From the NCBI GenBank assembly GCA_051362555.1, contig CM120640.1, positions 9,734,001 to 9,798,000 of the forward strand: 64,000 bases of DNA. The letters are read 5' to 3'. Positions 51,901-64,000 of this stretch are shown one piece after another. Position numbers and translations under genes: made by a program. Source of the DNA: Lingula anatina. Taxonomy: Eukaryota > Animalia > Brachiopoda. Under the pieces are notes generated by a model, which saw only the letters and a program-made list of their open reading frames with translations, was not told the DNA's origin and made no database searches. Within the stretch, counting starts at the first letter, position 1, and each line of letters begins with the position of its first letter.

Positions 51901-54900
51901 GTAAAAAGGCGTTTCGAGTCTCCTTGGTTCGCATCGTGATTATCACTTATGTAAACGATTTGGTCAACTCCATACGTTTCCTGGTACTCGGTGACACTGC
52001 AGGTAAAATGAAGTCTCCGATATATTGCCTGGGAAGTTCAATAAAAGCTGCACTGACGCATGGCGAAACCCCGGAAAGCAATTACCGAGACCTACCTAAT
52101 CTTTGGAGTATTGTTTTGATCAATTCATTTATCAACTTTATGATTTTGAAAAAATGCTATATTTTGCTTTCGGAGATGTATAACGTTGTTATAAAGTTAA
52201 GAAAATAAAATATTACTAATCTGAATCTGCAATGTATGGGGGCATATCCGTCCCAAAACAGAGCCGTATTGCATATATGGCTCACTCAATTTTATTCAAG
52301 TAACAGTCGAATACAAGTTCCTAGCTATGTTTGAATGATTTGCAAATCACGGAAAATCATTTGAAATAATAAGTTTTAATTAGCACACGCGAAAAAGTGG
52401 GCTTTTAAATGCGATATACCCACGGTACCTGCTAAGCAGTGCAGCAAAACATGTACCTCTATGCAGAACGCACCCCATTCTCTTTCCATGGGTCCGCGAT
52501 TTTATTGCATTCTCCGTAATCAAGACATCACATTCGTTGGTCCGTTACCAATCTAAGACTGTAATTGTTAAGAAATTGCTTCCTTCGAGCAAAGCACGGA
52601 TCGAGGGAAATCGATCAAATAGAAAAAATATGACCTTCCGTAATCTAAATGTAATGTACATTGCTGTTTTGGTGAAAGATAACAACCATATGTAACCTTA
52701 TATGATTTTTCAGAGGAATCAATATTCTATCATAGAATATGAGGCAAAAATACCCCTTTAAAAATAATGCAGATAGCCCTTCTCCATCGAATTTTTATAA
52801 AAAAAAACGCATTCAATTCTGGTTGAACCCGTCCTACGAGGAAACAATCTCTCTAATGCTACACACTGATTGATGTGTTAATCAAGCTATAGAACAGCCT
52901 GACATACTGCCTACGGAGCACCTTACGTATTACTTAATAAGACAAAATGGATGTGTAATGGCTGCTGGGTTTTATCTGGGATGCAACCATCGATCTTTAG
53001 GTCGGCAAGCTCCCTGGAACAGACAATTAATGGATGACCATGTATATGACGTAACCTGCGTATGATTTATGCATGTAACAATAACAAGTGACGTGTCTAC
53101 ATTTGTATCTGCTTGCACGAGTGCACCGCGTTAGAATCATGCAAGCAGAAACAAGGAGATCATGATGTTTTGTTAAAATTGTGTGTTATACGTTTAAAGG
53201 AATGATTACTCTTCATTTTGGCGGGAAAAGTTCCATAAACTAAATATCTTTTGGGTAAACGAACATTTTCCCATATTTTCAAATAGTTAAAAATTAAGAC
53301 CCGGCTTTCAAAGTTAATAAATTGCTTTTCTAAAGTGTGTTTTTTTAAATAATCTCTAGAAAAGAAGTTAGGAGGGTAGCCAACTACATGTATAAAGGCC
53401 CACATGGTCCAATGGCAAGCACAGCTTTCAAAATAATTGCAAGAAGCACCGTTTTGGTGGCAAAACGGAATTTATTATATTTCTATGTGCTGTTTACAGT
53501 GTATGTATTGTAGAATTTTGAATCTCACATGAAGAGTTGTTATCCCTTTAAGATGAAAACAATGTAGACCCCTAGTAGCAAGGACGTAACTTGAGGAACA
53601 CATTTGTCCTTACCAAAGTTACTTTTTGCAAGAAATGTGTCTATATAAAAGGACTACACATTAACGTATCAATGATACGGGTCATTCAAAGGTTATCTGC
53701 AATTTGAATTGGCCAAGAAATGAAGTTAAGGCCAAAATACGTTACAATGTTATAAAAAGCCTGCCTGGTCAATCATATTTAAATATCTGATACCATAATA
53801 CAAATATATAATACAATAAATATTCTACATACATTTAGGGTGAAGATGCAACGTAACTCTTAGGACTTAATGACAAAATGCGTATTCACTGTTTTGTAGT
53901 CACACCATTACGTCATATTTGGACAAAATAGCGCAACAGTAGCCATGGCCGTCAAAACCGCATCACATTTTATCTCATCTAATTATACAGACCTTCCCCA
54001 ATTCCCAATGTCCATCACATTCCATGAATAATTTAAAGGCAATGGACTGGTGTAATTATTCCAGGAGGATTTAAGCTTTCCCAAAACAGAAAAAAAAACA
54101 TACATGTACGTGTAGTTTAACAAACAGGCACACAGTGATAACTGTGTCACGGACGATATTAATCAAATGCTGCTATGGCTCACATATGTAAGTTAGCGAG
54201 ACAAAGCGAGCTTCCTGCTAATAAGAGATATGCTGCAAGATGGACTACACCTACGACGCTCCGGTACAGATTAATCATTGACCAAATGCGAAGCATACTC
54301 GAAGATAGAACAAACAATCAGTGGCAGTTATATTTTTCTATTGCTTATATAATCGGCTCCAAGTGTTTTTAATCGTTGGTCTTATGTCATGTGGGTTTCA
54401 TGTGAGCTTGTCATGATTTTTACGCAGTTGGTGTACATACATGTAGGCTTTCAGTAGATTGCTCTACCATCAAGTCCGCCCTGCAAAAGAAGGCTTTGCG
54501 TTGTGTTTGAAAAGATGACAAATGTGGTATGTAGGATATTAACTAGAACTGCCCCCGATTGCAATTTTATTTTTATTTATTTACTTTTATGCAAATTATG
54601 ACAGACAAAGTATTCAGAAATTTTTAAGTATTGTTTAGTTCTACCAGCAATGACCCAACAATAAAACAATGTTGAGACGAAGTGTTGAAAGAAGTGTTGA
54701 GACGACTATGCAAGAAATATCTCAACACCGACCTAAATCTCTTTTTCTGAAATTAATAAAAAAAGATAGGACCATTGTGCTTTAATCTTATCATTCATTC
54801 TGCATCTGTTTCTATTCGTGTACAATTTATTGGCGGTTCTTTAATTAATAAAAAACAGGTTGTACATTTATAAGTGAAGCTTAATTCTCTATTTTATCTC

Positions 54901-55947
54901 TTGCAGGTTATACAAAGAGTGCCTTGGTTCCCATTTTGGAAAAAAAATGAAAATGACAGAAAACTTAGAGTAGCTTAAACTATCAATACATGTACTTTAT
55001 CTGTATAAATGGTGGATATTGCATTGCAGTGTTTATAGTAAGTTCTGATACATCCCCTGGTGCGAGTTTGAAGTTACTCTGTTATACAAAATGAAACATT
55101 ATGAAATATAACATTATCTAAGAAGCAACAAAATGTAGTTTTTTTGGTGAATCTGATTTTTCGGAAATTTTGATTAAAAATGCTATGGTACGTACATGCA
55201 CGTGTGTACATATATACAATCAATAACCCCAACGGTTAATGTGATTTGGGTTTTCCCTTATATCGATGCCGCCTAATGGCTTTAAGTGCACTTAAATAGA
55301 TTGCTTCACCAAATTGTCCCAAGTAGTTCAGGTCAGTTAGTCCCAGTCAAACACCGAAACCCATTTACATGGAATCACATCTTTTCTCACGTTTGCTTTG
55401 ATTACCATCTGTTACATTCTTTGAAGTTACAGTGATTGAATTTCCTTTGGGAGTTGTATCTGTCCATCGGTTCCGAAATGACTTAAGACGATGAGGTATT
55501 TTCTAAGAACTGCAAACCAATCTGTGAAATGGTAAGGCCCTAAAGTAACATAGAGGTTTAAACAAAGTTCGTACTTAGATTTATCAAATTGTCAGCTCGA
55601 AAGTATACATTTGCAATCTGTACACATATTTGCAAAACTGTAGTAAAAAGATAAGAATACAATTTCCTCAGAACGATTAACTTAATTTCATCTCAAGTGC
55701 CTCACTGATCTTTGAAAAAAAGAACATACCGGTTACCAAATGTGCTTGTTCATATTGTATGCCTCAGCAGGGCTTTTACTTTCACCTGATGGATATGATC
55801 CGGATATGTTCCTATTCTATTTTCATGAGCTAAAACAGCGATTATGGTAGTTTTGTAGAAAATGTCCAAATTATATATTATTGATCCTCCACTTAAAATT
55901 ATGGAAGTGGAAAGCTTTGTCACATCCCCCTGGAAAAGAATACCAAA

Positions 55948-56196
55948 GGCCCAGTTTAATCAACATTGGATAGCGCTATCCACTGGATAACACTATCCAT
56001 TAAATAAAATTGTTATCCTCTGGGCAATTATCTTGTGGGTAAAGTAATGTTTACCAAACACTAGATACTTATTTTTGTCTCTAATATTGCTTTCCAGTGG
56101 TTAAAAGAGGCTGCTATCCTCAAGAAAACTGTCCAGAGGATAACAATGTTATCCAAAGGATACTGTTATCCTATCCAGTGTTGATGAAACTGGGCC
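55948..56196. mobile_element. MITE (PIF/Harbinger-like termini) with internal GGATA/TATCC repeats
   Basis: TIRs GGCCCAGTTTAATCAACATTGGATAG / CTATCCAGTGTTGATGAAACTGGGCC. TSD not preserved. Confidence 0.72.
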
Positions 56197-59100
56197 CTGT
56201 AGGTTAGTAAATTGGCCAACCAGAAGTAATACATTGTAGTTAATGAGCAGAATCTTTAAAACACCTGCCTGACTGGATATGGTACAACTAAGCATGTGTG
56301 CATGTTTGTTCTCAGAATTCTGATGACAACACTTGTACCCTTATTTGACGCGTATTCGGTGTATTGGATCTTGCTAGCCAATCAGTATTTTACACGAACG
56401 CTTTTTTTGTTTCAAAGTTTCATATAGATGGCCTGTCAATTTCTTTCCAAGATATCACTATGCCAAAACACAGACTACGAGAAAAACAAGTGTCCATTTT
56501 AGATGAGTTTCTTTGATGGGCAATAAAAATAAAAAATATATCTGATTTACTATCGAGTTGTGTGTTTTAAAATATATAGGAATACTCGCCTGGATTTTTA
56601 GGCCACGGTGGAAACAAGGCAAATTAATCATTTCGACGTCACCGTTGGTGCCACCGTTGGCCACTTTATACAGCACATTGAGCATACGACGAGCAGAAAA
56701 AGTTTCGTAAGATATATTTCCCTATTTAACAACAAAGGAATTCAGCATCTCTGAGTGTAGAACATCTAGTAGTGGCGGTGATACAACAAATGTCTTGTTA
56801 CATATTTTAGGTGACACCGTCGCTTTCGTTGCAACATTGATCTTCTTTTGCCGTCACAATAAACTCGTACTATCCGGAACTGCATCAATTTTAATAATCC
56901 TATCCATCTCCTATTTTGTTTTCTGGCTGAACTCATTTAAGTTTGATAATGGCGTTCGTTGATTCTTTTGTTTTTAAGGCTCTTTTGTTTAAAGCGTGCC
57001 TTGCAATAGAACTTGCTTTGAATTTACCAATAGGCCGGAGCCTGATGTACATACTATGCAGTGCAAAGTTTGGCAAAACCCGTACGGCACCAACAGTGAC
57101 GTCAGATCTCACCGCGGTCAATTATTGCAATTACGCTCTCCAGATTAAATTTCGGTTTTTTAGTTTTGCAGAAAAGTGCCTTAAATTATCAATTTGATTT
57201 TGGCAAAAATCCACGACGACATAGCGAGAGCCCCACTATCTGTTCCTTTTTAATATCTTGCATCAAAATGAAACAGCTGGTGTAATACAAGTTAAACAAG
57301 AAATGAGGTGAAACTTCTATCGCAATAACTTCACCTGTGTAACTCGTTAATGCATTTCACTTAAAGATATTGCCAAGATACCGACAAATAGGAACTAAAT
57401 GAAACATTCTGACGCATCACTCCGTTCGTTGTGCGTAATCGACAAATGAAATATAAGCGGTAACTTGAACCAGTGTCACAGGAGAGTGCAAAGATGAACA
57501 GAGGCCAAATGCAATTGATTTCACAGTACGGTAGCAGTAATTAAGAGCAAACTGATTTGCAACCAGAGAGTGAATGTCCTATTTAAGTATAAATCAAGAA
57601 CCAATAATGTTGCCTTGTTTTTATCTTACCACAAAAGTAAAGCATTAATTTTGATCACTGCAACATTTTTCTTTCAAAACATAAGTGTACAGTACTTAGT
57701 ATTTATCATTTAATCTTGATGCATTTAATAAAAAGGTGTACTGAAAGCAACATGGCAGAAACAGTTCTGATACTGTTCGAATTACTAGTCATTTCAGTTT
57801 ACTGGAGTTTTTTCTTTGAGTGTTAAATAAAGAACTGAAAACATCACAAAAGTTACATTGCTCCAATTTTGAATACTAGCTTCACATATAATTTGATGGG
57901 ATGGGAATGGGAATGGAATGGGATGTCGACGACTAAATCCCAAGAAAATTTGTGATGCTATATTCGTACTTCAAATCAATCTAACCGAAAGAAGAAAATC
58001 CAGAAACCTGTAGCACTTAATGTAAAGGGTCTTTTACAATAAGTACCTTATCGGCAGTGATTGCCAAATGCAATACTAGTGACCAATTGAGACCATAGGG
58101 TTCCTAATACTACCAACAAAGCAGAGTTTATATAGTTATTTTTACCATTTTGTGACAAAATAATTATTTATGTCGGGAAAAATCCTAGGGAATCCTTACG
58201 TATTGATTTTAAAGAAATTCTTTGAAGTCGGAGCGTAGCAACTTGACGACAAAATAGACAAGATGATACTGTCGACTTGGGGTCCACAGAATAGTTCAGT
58301 TATAAACTTTTTTGCGCAAAATCTTGATATTCTGTTACTGTGACAGACGACTAATACAAATGAAAGATAAAAAGCAAGATTCAAAACAGATAAACATCGC
58401 AGATGACCGTCAGAAGTATTCCTTGGATATCTCTACTTTAGGAGATAAAACACTAAGTAATCAAAATACTTTATCTTCAAATTAATCAAACTTCCATTAT
58501 CTATGGTTTAGATAAAGATATCTTTATCTAGTAACTGGTTTATTTGTTTTTGTTATTCCTAATGTATTCACTGTGCCGTTGAAACCTCCCTATAAATCAA
58601 TTTACAACAAAATACCGTTTGGTTAAATTATTCACCCCACATAATTTTGGGAAATTATAACAGTGTTTTAATCTTTTGGGGGTTAACCGTCCTGCCATCA
58701 TTGCCATACACTGCTTACTATAACTGGCGAAACAAATTGTGTCAATTAACATAGTCGACACCCCTTCGAGTTCGAATCAAAGATGGTGATTATAAAGATC
58801 ATATACAGTTGCACAAAGTACAAACTCATTAAACATCACTTGCAGTGCAGCACATAATGACCTAGTCAAATAACTTTCTAATCGGATTGCCCAGAGTCGA
58901 TTTGATTGGATCAACATAATCTGATCAACATTTTGAAGGCTTATAACTATAAAAATGACTATTGTAGCCAAGTGTGTACGGCAAATTTCAAAATTGAGAA
59001 AAAATCTTGGACGTGTGCCAAAATAATTGACTGCACAGTGCAAGTATTTCCAAAACGGTGCAATAAATTGGAAGCCAAAGGGAACATGTAACCCTTATAT

Positions 59101-62100
59101 CTTGGGTTGTTTATAACTAATATATATTCATATTGGTGACAGTTCCACTGCATATGCAAACATTATTGGAAGAAGAAAGACTGTTCAAGGCGCATGGTTT
59201 CTAAACAATAGTAAATGGTCGCCTCACATCTGTAATCCATTTTGAAGAGCGCATTTTATTTCAGATACCATATCTAACATGACTCATGGTACAAAAAGTA
59301 CGTGGATTTTCAAGTAGAGCTGTGAAAAAAGACCTAGGATTCAAAATCTGGATCGACTCATTTCAAATTATACTGTATACCGGGTATTTCCACTTACCAC
59401 ATGCAATCTTTCCATCTCTATTAATCTTTTCTTCCGCTGACACGCACTTCTTGTGCTACTTTGATTAAACTATAGCGTGTGGTAATATGTTGATTGTAAT
59501 TAAGAATGTTTTTTCATATAATGGGACTTAAATCAGTCTTTCATTTTAATCTAGATCATTTGGGTAAAAAAAAAAGCAGGATAAATATGCTTGTAGCCAA
59601 AAACTGCGCTCTTTCACAGTCACGAAATTTTGCTCACACTCAAACTATCAGTTAATGTTACACAAGGTGTTAATAATTATCCCGCCGTTCCCATGGAAGT
59701 TTTTCCCCATGGGCGATGTGTATAATACCGGCCCTTAAGTTGCAGGACCATTTTTCTTTAAAGGTTAAAGTCAATTACCGGATATCATTGTGAGAGCATG
59801 ATGAATTAATTGAATAAACAGACACTAATTGTACGAGGCATTTATATAAGTACCGGGCAATGCTTAAAAATAAACTGGTCAGGCCTAAACGATATTTAAA
59901 TCCATTGATAATATTTGTCAGTCAAATATCATCACTTTATGTCCTGTCGTCGGGCTACCTCGACCATGACGATGAGAAAATTTGGATAACTGTAACAAAT
60001 CTCAGCCGTTTTCTGCTTCCCTCAATTATTTGCTTTTACACCAAAGCGGCGACTGCAACAAAAAATATTAACACCGGGCTTGCGGACCTGGAAAACGACT
60101 TTTCGGTGCAATTGTCAAGAACTTGTGAAAATAAATGAATAACCTGTGGCGTAATTACATGTTTGCACCTGTGAAAGTGAACCAGTCCAGTCCACTATAC
60201 CGCTCGCAGTTTATACATATTGATTTTTTTCAAAGTAATTTCAATTAACTAGTTTACAATTGATTCAGACCATAGGTGAACTGCACTTTTATATCCATAT
60301 ATATCTCATTATAATGGTATAGCTTTTGGTCCAAGCGTCTCTGAATAACAAGTGTCGGTAACCATTGTCTGTAACTATGGACACTTTACAAGGGACATGG
60401 TTAGCCGGCAGTGGTTGAATGGGGGGAAGTGCTGTGAATATTTGTCGATAATTACCTATAGGTAAAGGTATGTTTTAAAACACGACAAAAGGTTCACAAC
60501 TTTAAGTTCCAGTTGGGTAAACATGACAGTCAAGAACCAGGCGGCGTTTTTTGAATCCCCGAGCGCTTGCCTTCTACATGTACATCGCGCCGACAATCGA
60601 GGGATTGCTAAAAATAGTGGATCAGAAATCATGTAAACTGACAACAAATAAAAGAAACACGTCGGCAAGGTGATTCATCGTAGCTTTTATTAATGGTATT
60701 TGTATTGTGTGCTCTTGCCGTGTCACAAACTGATTGTAGAATCAATAGCATCAGCGGATTTGTCACTCTGAAAAGCTCTCCCATTCGAAAATGATACATC
60801 AGATTTTTATTACCTGTAAATTGCATGTATTAAAGCTACTGTAACGGGATGTACCCGCAAAAAATGACTTTTCCTCGCTGGAAAACGCAATTTTCCCCTA
60901 TACTCAAGAATCATTGCTCGGTCTGTTCCTACACTTGAAATCGAGTTTTTTTTAGTGACTTAGTTCTAAATGACTGACCAGGTACTTTTATTTGATTGGT
61001 TTTATAGCTGGAATTGGGAAATTTAGTAGCTTTACAGGATATGTAGACATGCAGCATGTGAATTTGGGAATTTTTCAAATGCAATATGTTTTTTTGAAAA
61101 TCTTCCGTAAAGAAAAGCCCTTCATCAATAACAAAAACGACAGGACAGGACAGGACAAGATAAAACTGGTCACATGGTCGATACAAATGGCTGTTTGGAA
61201 AGTGGGTGTGTGTTACTACATGTACGGCAGCGGATCTAGATGGTCGTTAGAGAAAACCGTCAAGCCGAGCTCATATGATCCTATCCAATAACCAATCCTG
61301 TAGTAAGTCAAAGGATGCGCAAGGTACAGCAGAGCTTAATAGCAATGCCTACAGTACCTGTTGTTTTGATGCCCTTGGTAATTATGGTGGAGCTACATAT
61401 ATTGGTTTTATTTGTCCCAATTTGCATCTACGGTGCAGTGAAAATGGCCACACGCATAAGATACGATGTGACTACACGAAGATCAATACGAACGAAAAAA
61501 ATCAAAACCTAAATTTCAGAGCAGCTTTTCTTTGCTCGCAACAAACATTAAAAACTTTTCCACAAGGATGCCTTTGGTGTGCTGAGCAGGATCCCTGCTG
61601 GATATGTTTGTGACATCTGAATCATACCAATAACAGATCTAGGGGTGACTCAGTGGTCCTCGTGACCCCTCAGTTTAGGGGGCACCCTCCTTTATATAAA
61701 AGGCAGTATTAGAAGCGAAATGGTGTCAAACCAAGTGTTTTTACTCCCGTGTGCTCAAAATATGACAGTAGCATTGTCCCCGTCACCCATTCTATACCAT
61801 TGTATTTGCCGAGCTAAACCAGGCAAAAACCATTGCGCACCTCGCCCCATGGTAGATCCAACAGTACACACAAACTTCAATTTCAGACCATTAGAACTGA
61901 TGGGGCCACCCTGAAACCGGTAGCCAATACCCAGAACGGAGAAAAGAATGCATTGTGCATGCATAGAGCGCAGTGGAATTACATTTGTATTCCGGTGTCA
62001 CACTTTCCTTTCTTCTTATCACCTTGTATCGAGCTGAGTCACTCATTCCATCAACTTGAAACATAACGGTCTGTCTACAAAATAAAATCTCGCATTCATG

Positions 62101-64000
62101 CTCGGATACACAATGGTTTGTATTAGTTTATTCCAAATTTACAAATAATAAATGAACTGCACGAAATGAATAATTCACAGATGCCAAACATATCGAGGGC
62201 AATCGAGGGTTACACTTCACATACGGTATCATACATAAAATTGCCTTCTTTTAACCAAAAGTAAATAGGACGACTTAGGAAACCTGTGGTGCGTTATCCT
62301 TTTCATAATCGAATCAAGAGTATCTCCGTTCTACAAACACCAGAGCGAGATTCGCAAAATACAACCAGACCTTTGATGAACAACCGAAATCGTGATTGTA
62401 TTTTGTCGTGATTAATTAGTCTTACATGTCGAAATTTCTGTGCACAAAGTTAGAAATATATAAAAAAGGTCCTGAAATAGTCAGACATGCTGTCACGAGG
62501 CCTTGCATAAGATTTCCTACAGAGACGAAGCTGTTATCTATTATGTGATATCTAACCCGAGTCAGATCCCTTGACCGTTGAAATTAAGATCGCTATTTCA
62601 CTGTAATTATATTATACCACTCTACAAGGGGTCTTCTCTCAAAGAGTGAGTGGCAGCTTATATTTATTAGCGGAGACAGTAATTTTTGTCAGGAAATGAT
62701 GTGGCTGGAAGAACGCTAGACTATAGAAGCCACATTTTTAAATAAATGGGAAAAACAAAGAGAAAGACCTGCAAAATAACCTTTCATTAGAATCCAAGTT
62801 ATTTTCTAAGAAATAAACGACAAATAAACCAGTGATGAATCAAATGAACACCTAAATAACAAACCAAAATATTGCGACAGCTTTGAGTGTTTAGCTTATT
62901 CTCGATATCAGTGGCAGAGAATCGCCGTAGGTTTGTGAGGTGATGTCCGAGTAGCCTCGATAGTCTCCCAAGTCCTTTCGCCAAGGGGGGTTGTGAGTGA
63001 ATAGGACTGTTCATAACACTGGGAAATGTCATGTAGCCAGTGGCCATCGCATTATGGCGTAAGAAGATCTTGTAAGGGTAAGGTCACTCTCCAGTGGCAC
63101 CCCAGGGCGATTCCCTGGGACTGGTGGCGAGAGTAGGTCAGAAATTGTTCTTTTAGCGTTCGCAAGGCCGGGCCACATGGGATTTTGGTTGCATTTGCTG
63201 GTTTGTCTAAAACGCGAATAAATGACGAAAGCAACCAACGAACGAGACTTGTGAGAGATACTAAAATTTTGTGATCACCGCGGTCGCTGATGTGTCGTAG
63301 CCTGGTGTCAATGGGGCACATAGAGATGCTGTCAGACAGACAAGCGACAATCACATTGGGCAATGGATTAAATAATTAACAAACATCGATCTTCAGTCAA
63401 TGGGTCATGTAATCGTGTGGCAAAATTTATTTCCCATATGTAAAGTATGATGAATAGATTCTAAATTTATGAGTAGAAACTAGATTGATGGTATTGATAG
63501 AACAAGAAGAACACTAAAGTAGGAATGATAACAAAACCCAAATGCCAACTTGATCGTCGCTTTTGGTTGCTGTTGAATTGTAAGGTTCCAAAAAGAAGCT
63601 TCACACGGTATTTGTGGCACATTTCTAATCATTTATGGTATGACGTTAATTTCTTCTCACTAATTCATTCTACGTTCGGGAAAATTAATTGTCCATAGAT
63701 GATTGATCGCGGTCCGTCCTCTACAATATTGAAACCGGCTAGACCAAAGGGGCATTGGCCTTTTAGAAAATTTCTTTGCCTTACTTCCTGTCTGAAAGCA
63801 AATTCAGTATAATTCTATTTGTTTTTTCGTGTAAATCCCCTGTGGAAAAAAGAGATGTTTAAAGCAACCAAATTAAGTTTCTACGCGTCATATTTATGGT
63901 TCAAGAGTGTTAATTTACAAATAAAGTGGTCTATCCAGAGAGAATCCCTCGAAAATGGCACCTTGCGTTGGCAAAATCACATCTGTTACATGCTCCAGAG

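Noticed and set aside
58725-58780. B-box-like GAGTTCGAATC (tRNA/SINE)
   Set aside because: No matching A box or cloverleaf.
1-64000. Prokaryotic-type systems (CRISPR arrays, operons, defence islands)
   Set aside because: The sequence is spliceosomal-intron-rich animal DNA. The tandem repeats have only two units and no spacers.
47785-64000. Many 60-110 aa ORFs upstream of mGluR
   Set aside because: Random composition, no domains and no consistent exon chain. Treated as intron or intergenic sequence.

Overview
AT-rich, intron-containing metazoan DNA from an invertebrate (probably lophotrochozoan-like; species not determinable here). No prokaryotic features, CRISPR arrays, rRNA or tRNA were seen. 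I built four spliced minus-strand genes by hand, and all exon phases close. They are CSTF2/CstF-64 (11 exons, 3' end runs off the left edge), CCDC83 (10 coding exons, about 396 aa), a secreted matrix metalloproteinase with a 4-blade hemopexin domain (10 exons, about 587 aa) and a group I metabotropic glutamate receptor (9 exons, about 1318 aa). A small plus-strand gene lies head-to-head with CSTF2 and may encode an STMP1-like transmembrane microprotein. Introns hold several DNA-transposon derivatives (one nested pair with intact TSDs), a decayed Tc1 element and a truncated RTE-like tail. The most notable observations are an MMP with an intact catalytic zinc motif but no structural-zinc ligands, the candidate microprotein, a 96-nt phase-symmetric exon plus a degenerate Homer motif in the mGluR tail, structured non-coding islands in CSTF2 introns and near 9.3-9.6 kb, and a sharp CpG-depletion boundary near 14.8 kb. 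Homology calls are from recalled family motifs; no database searches were run.
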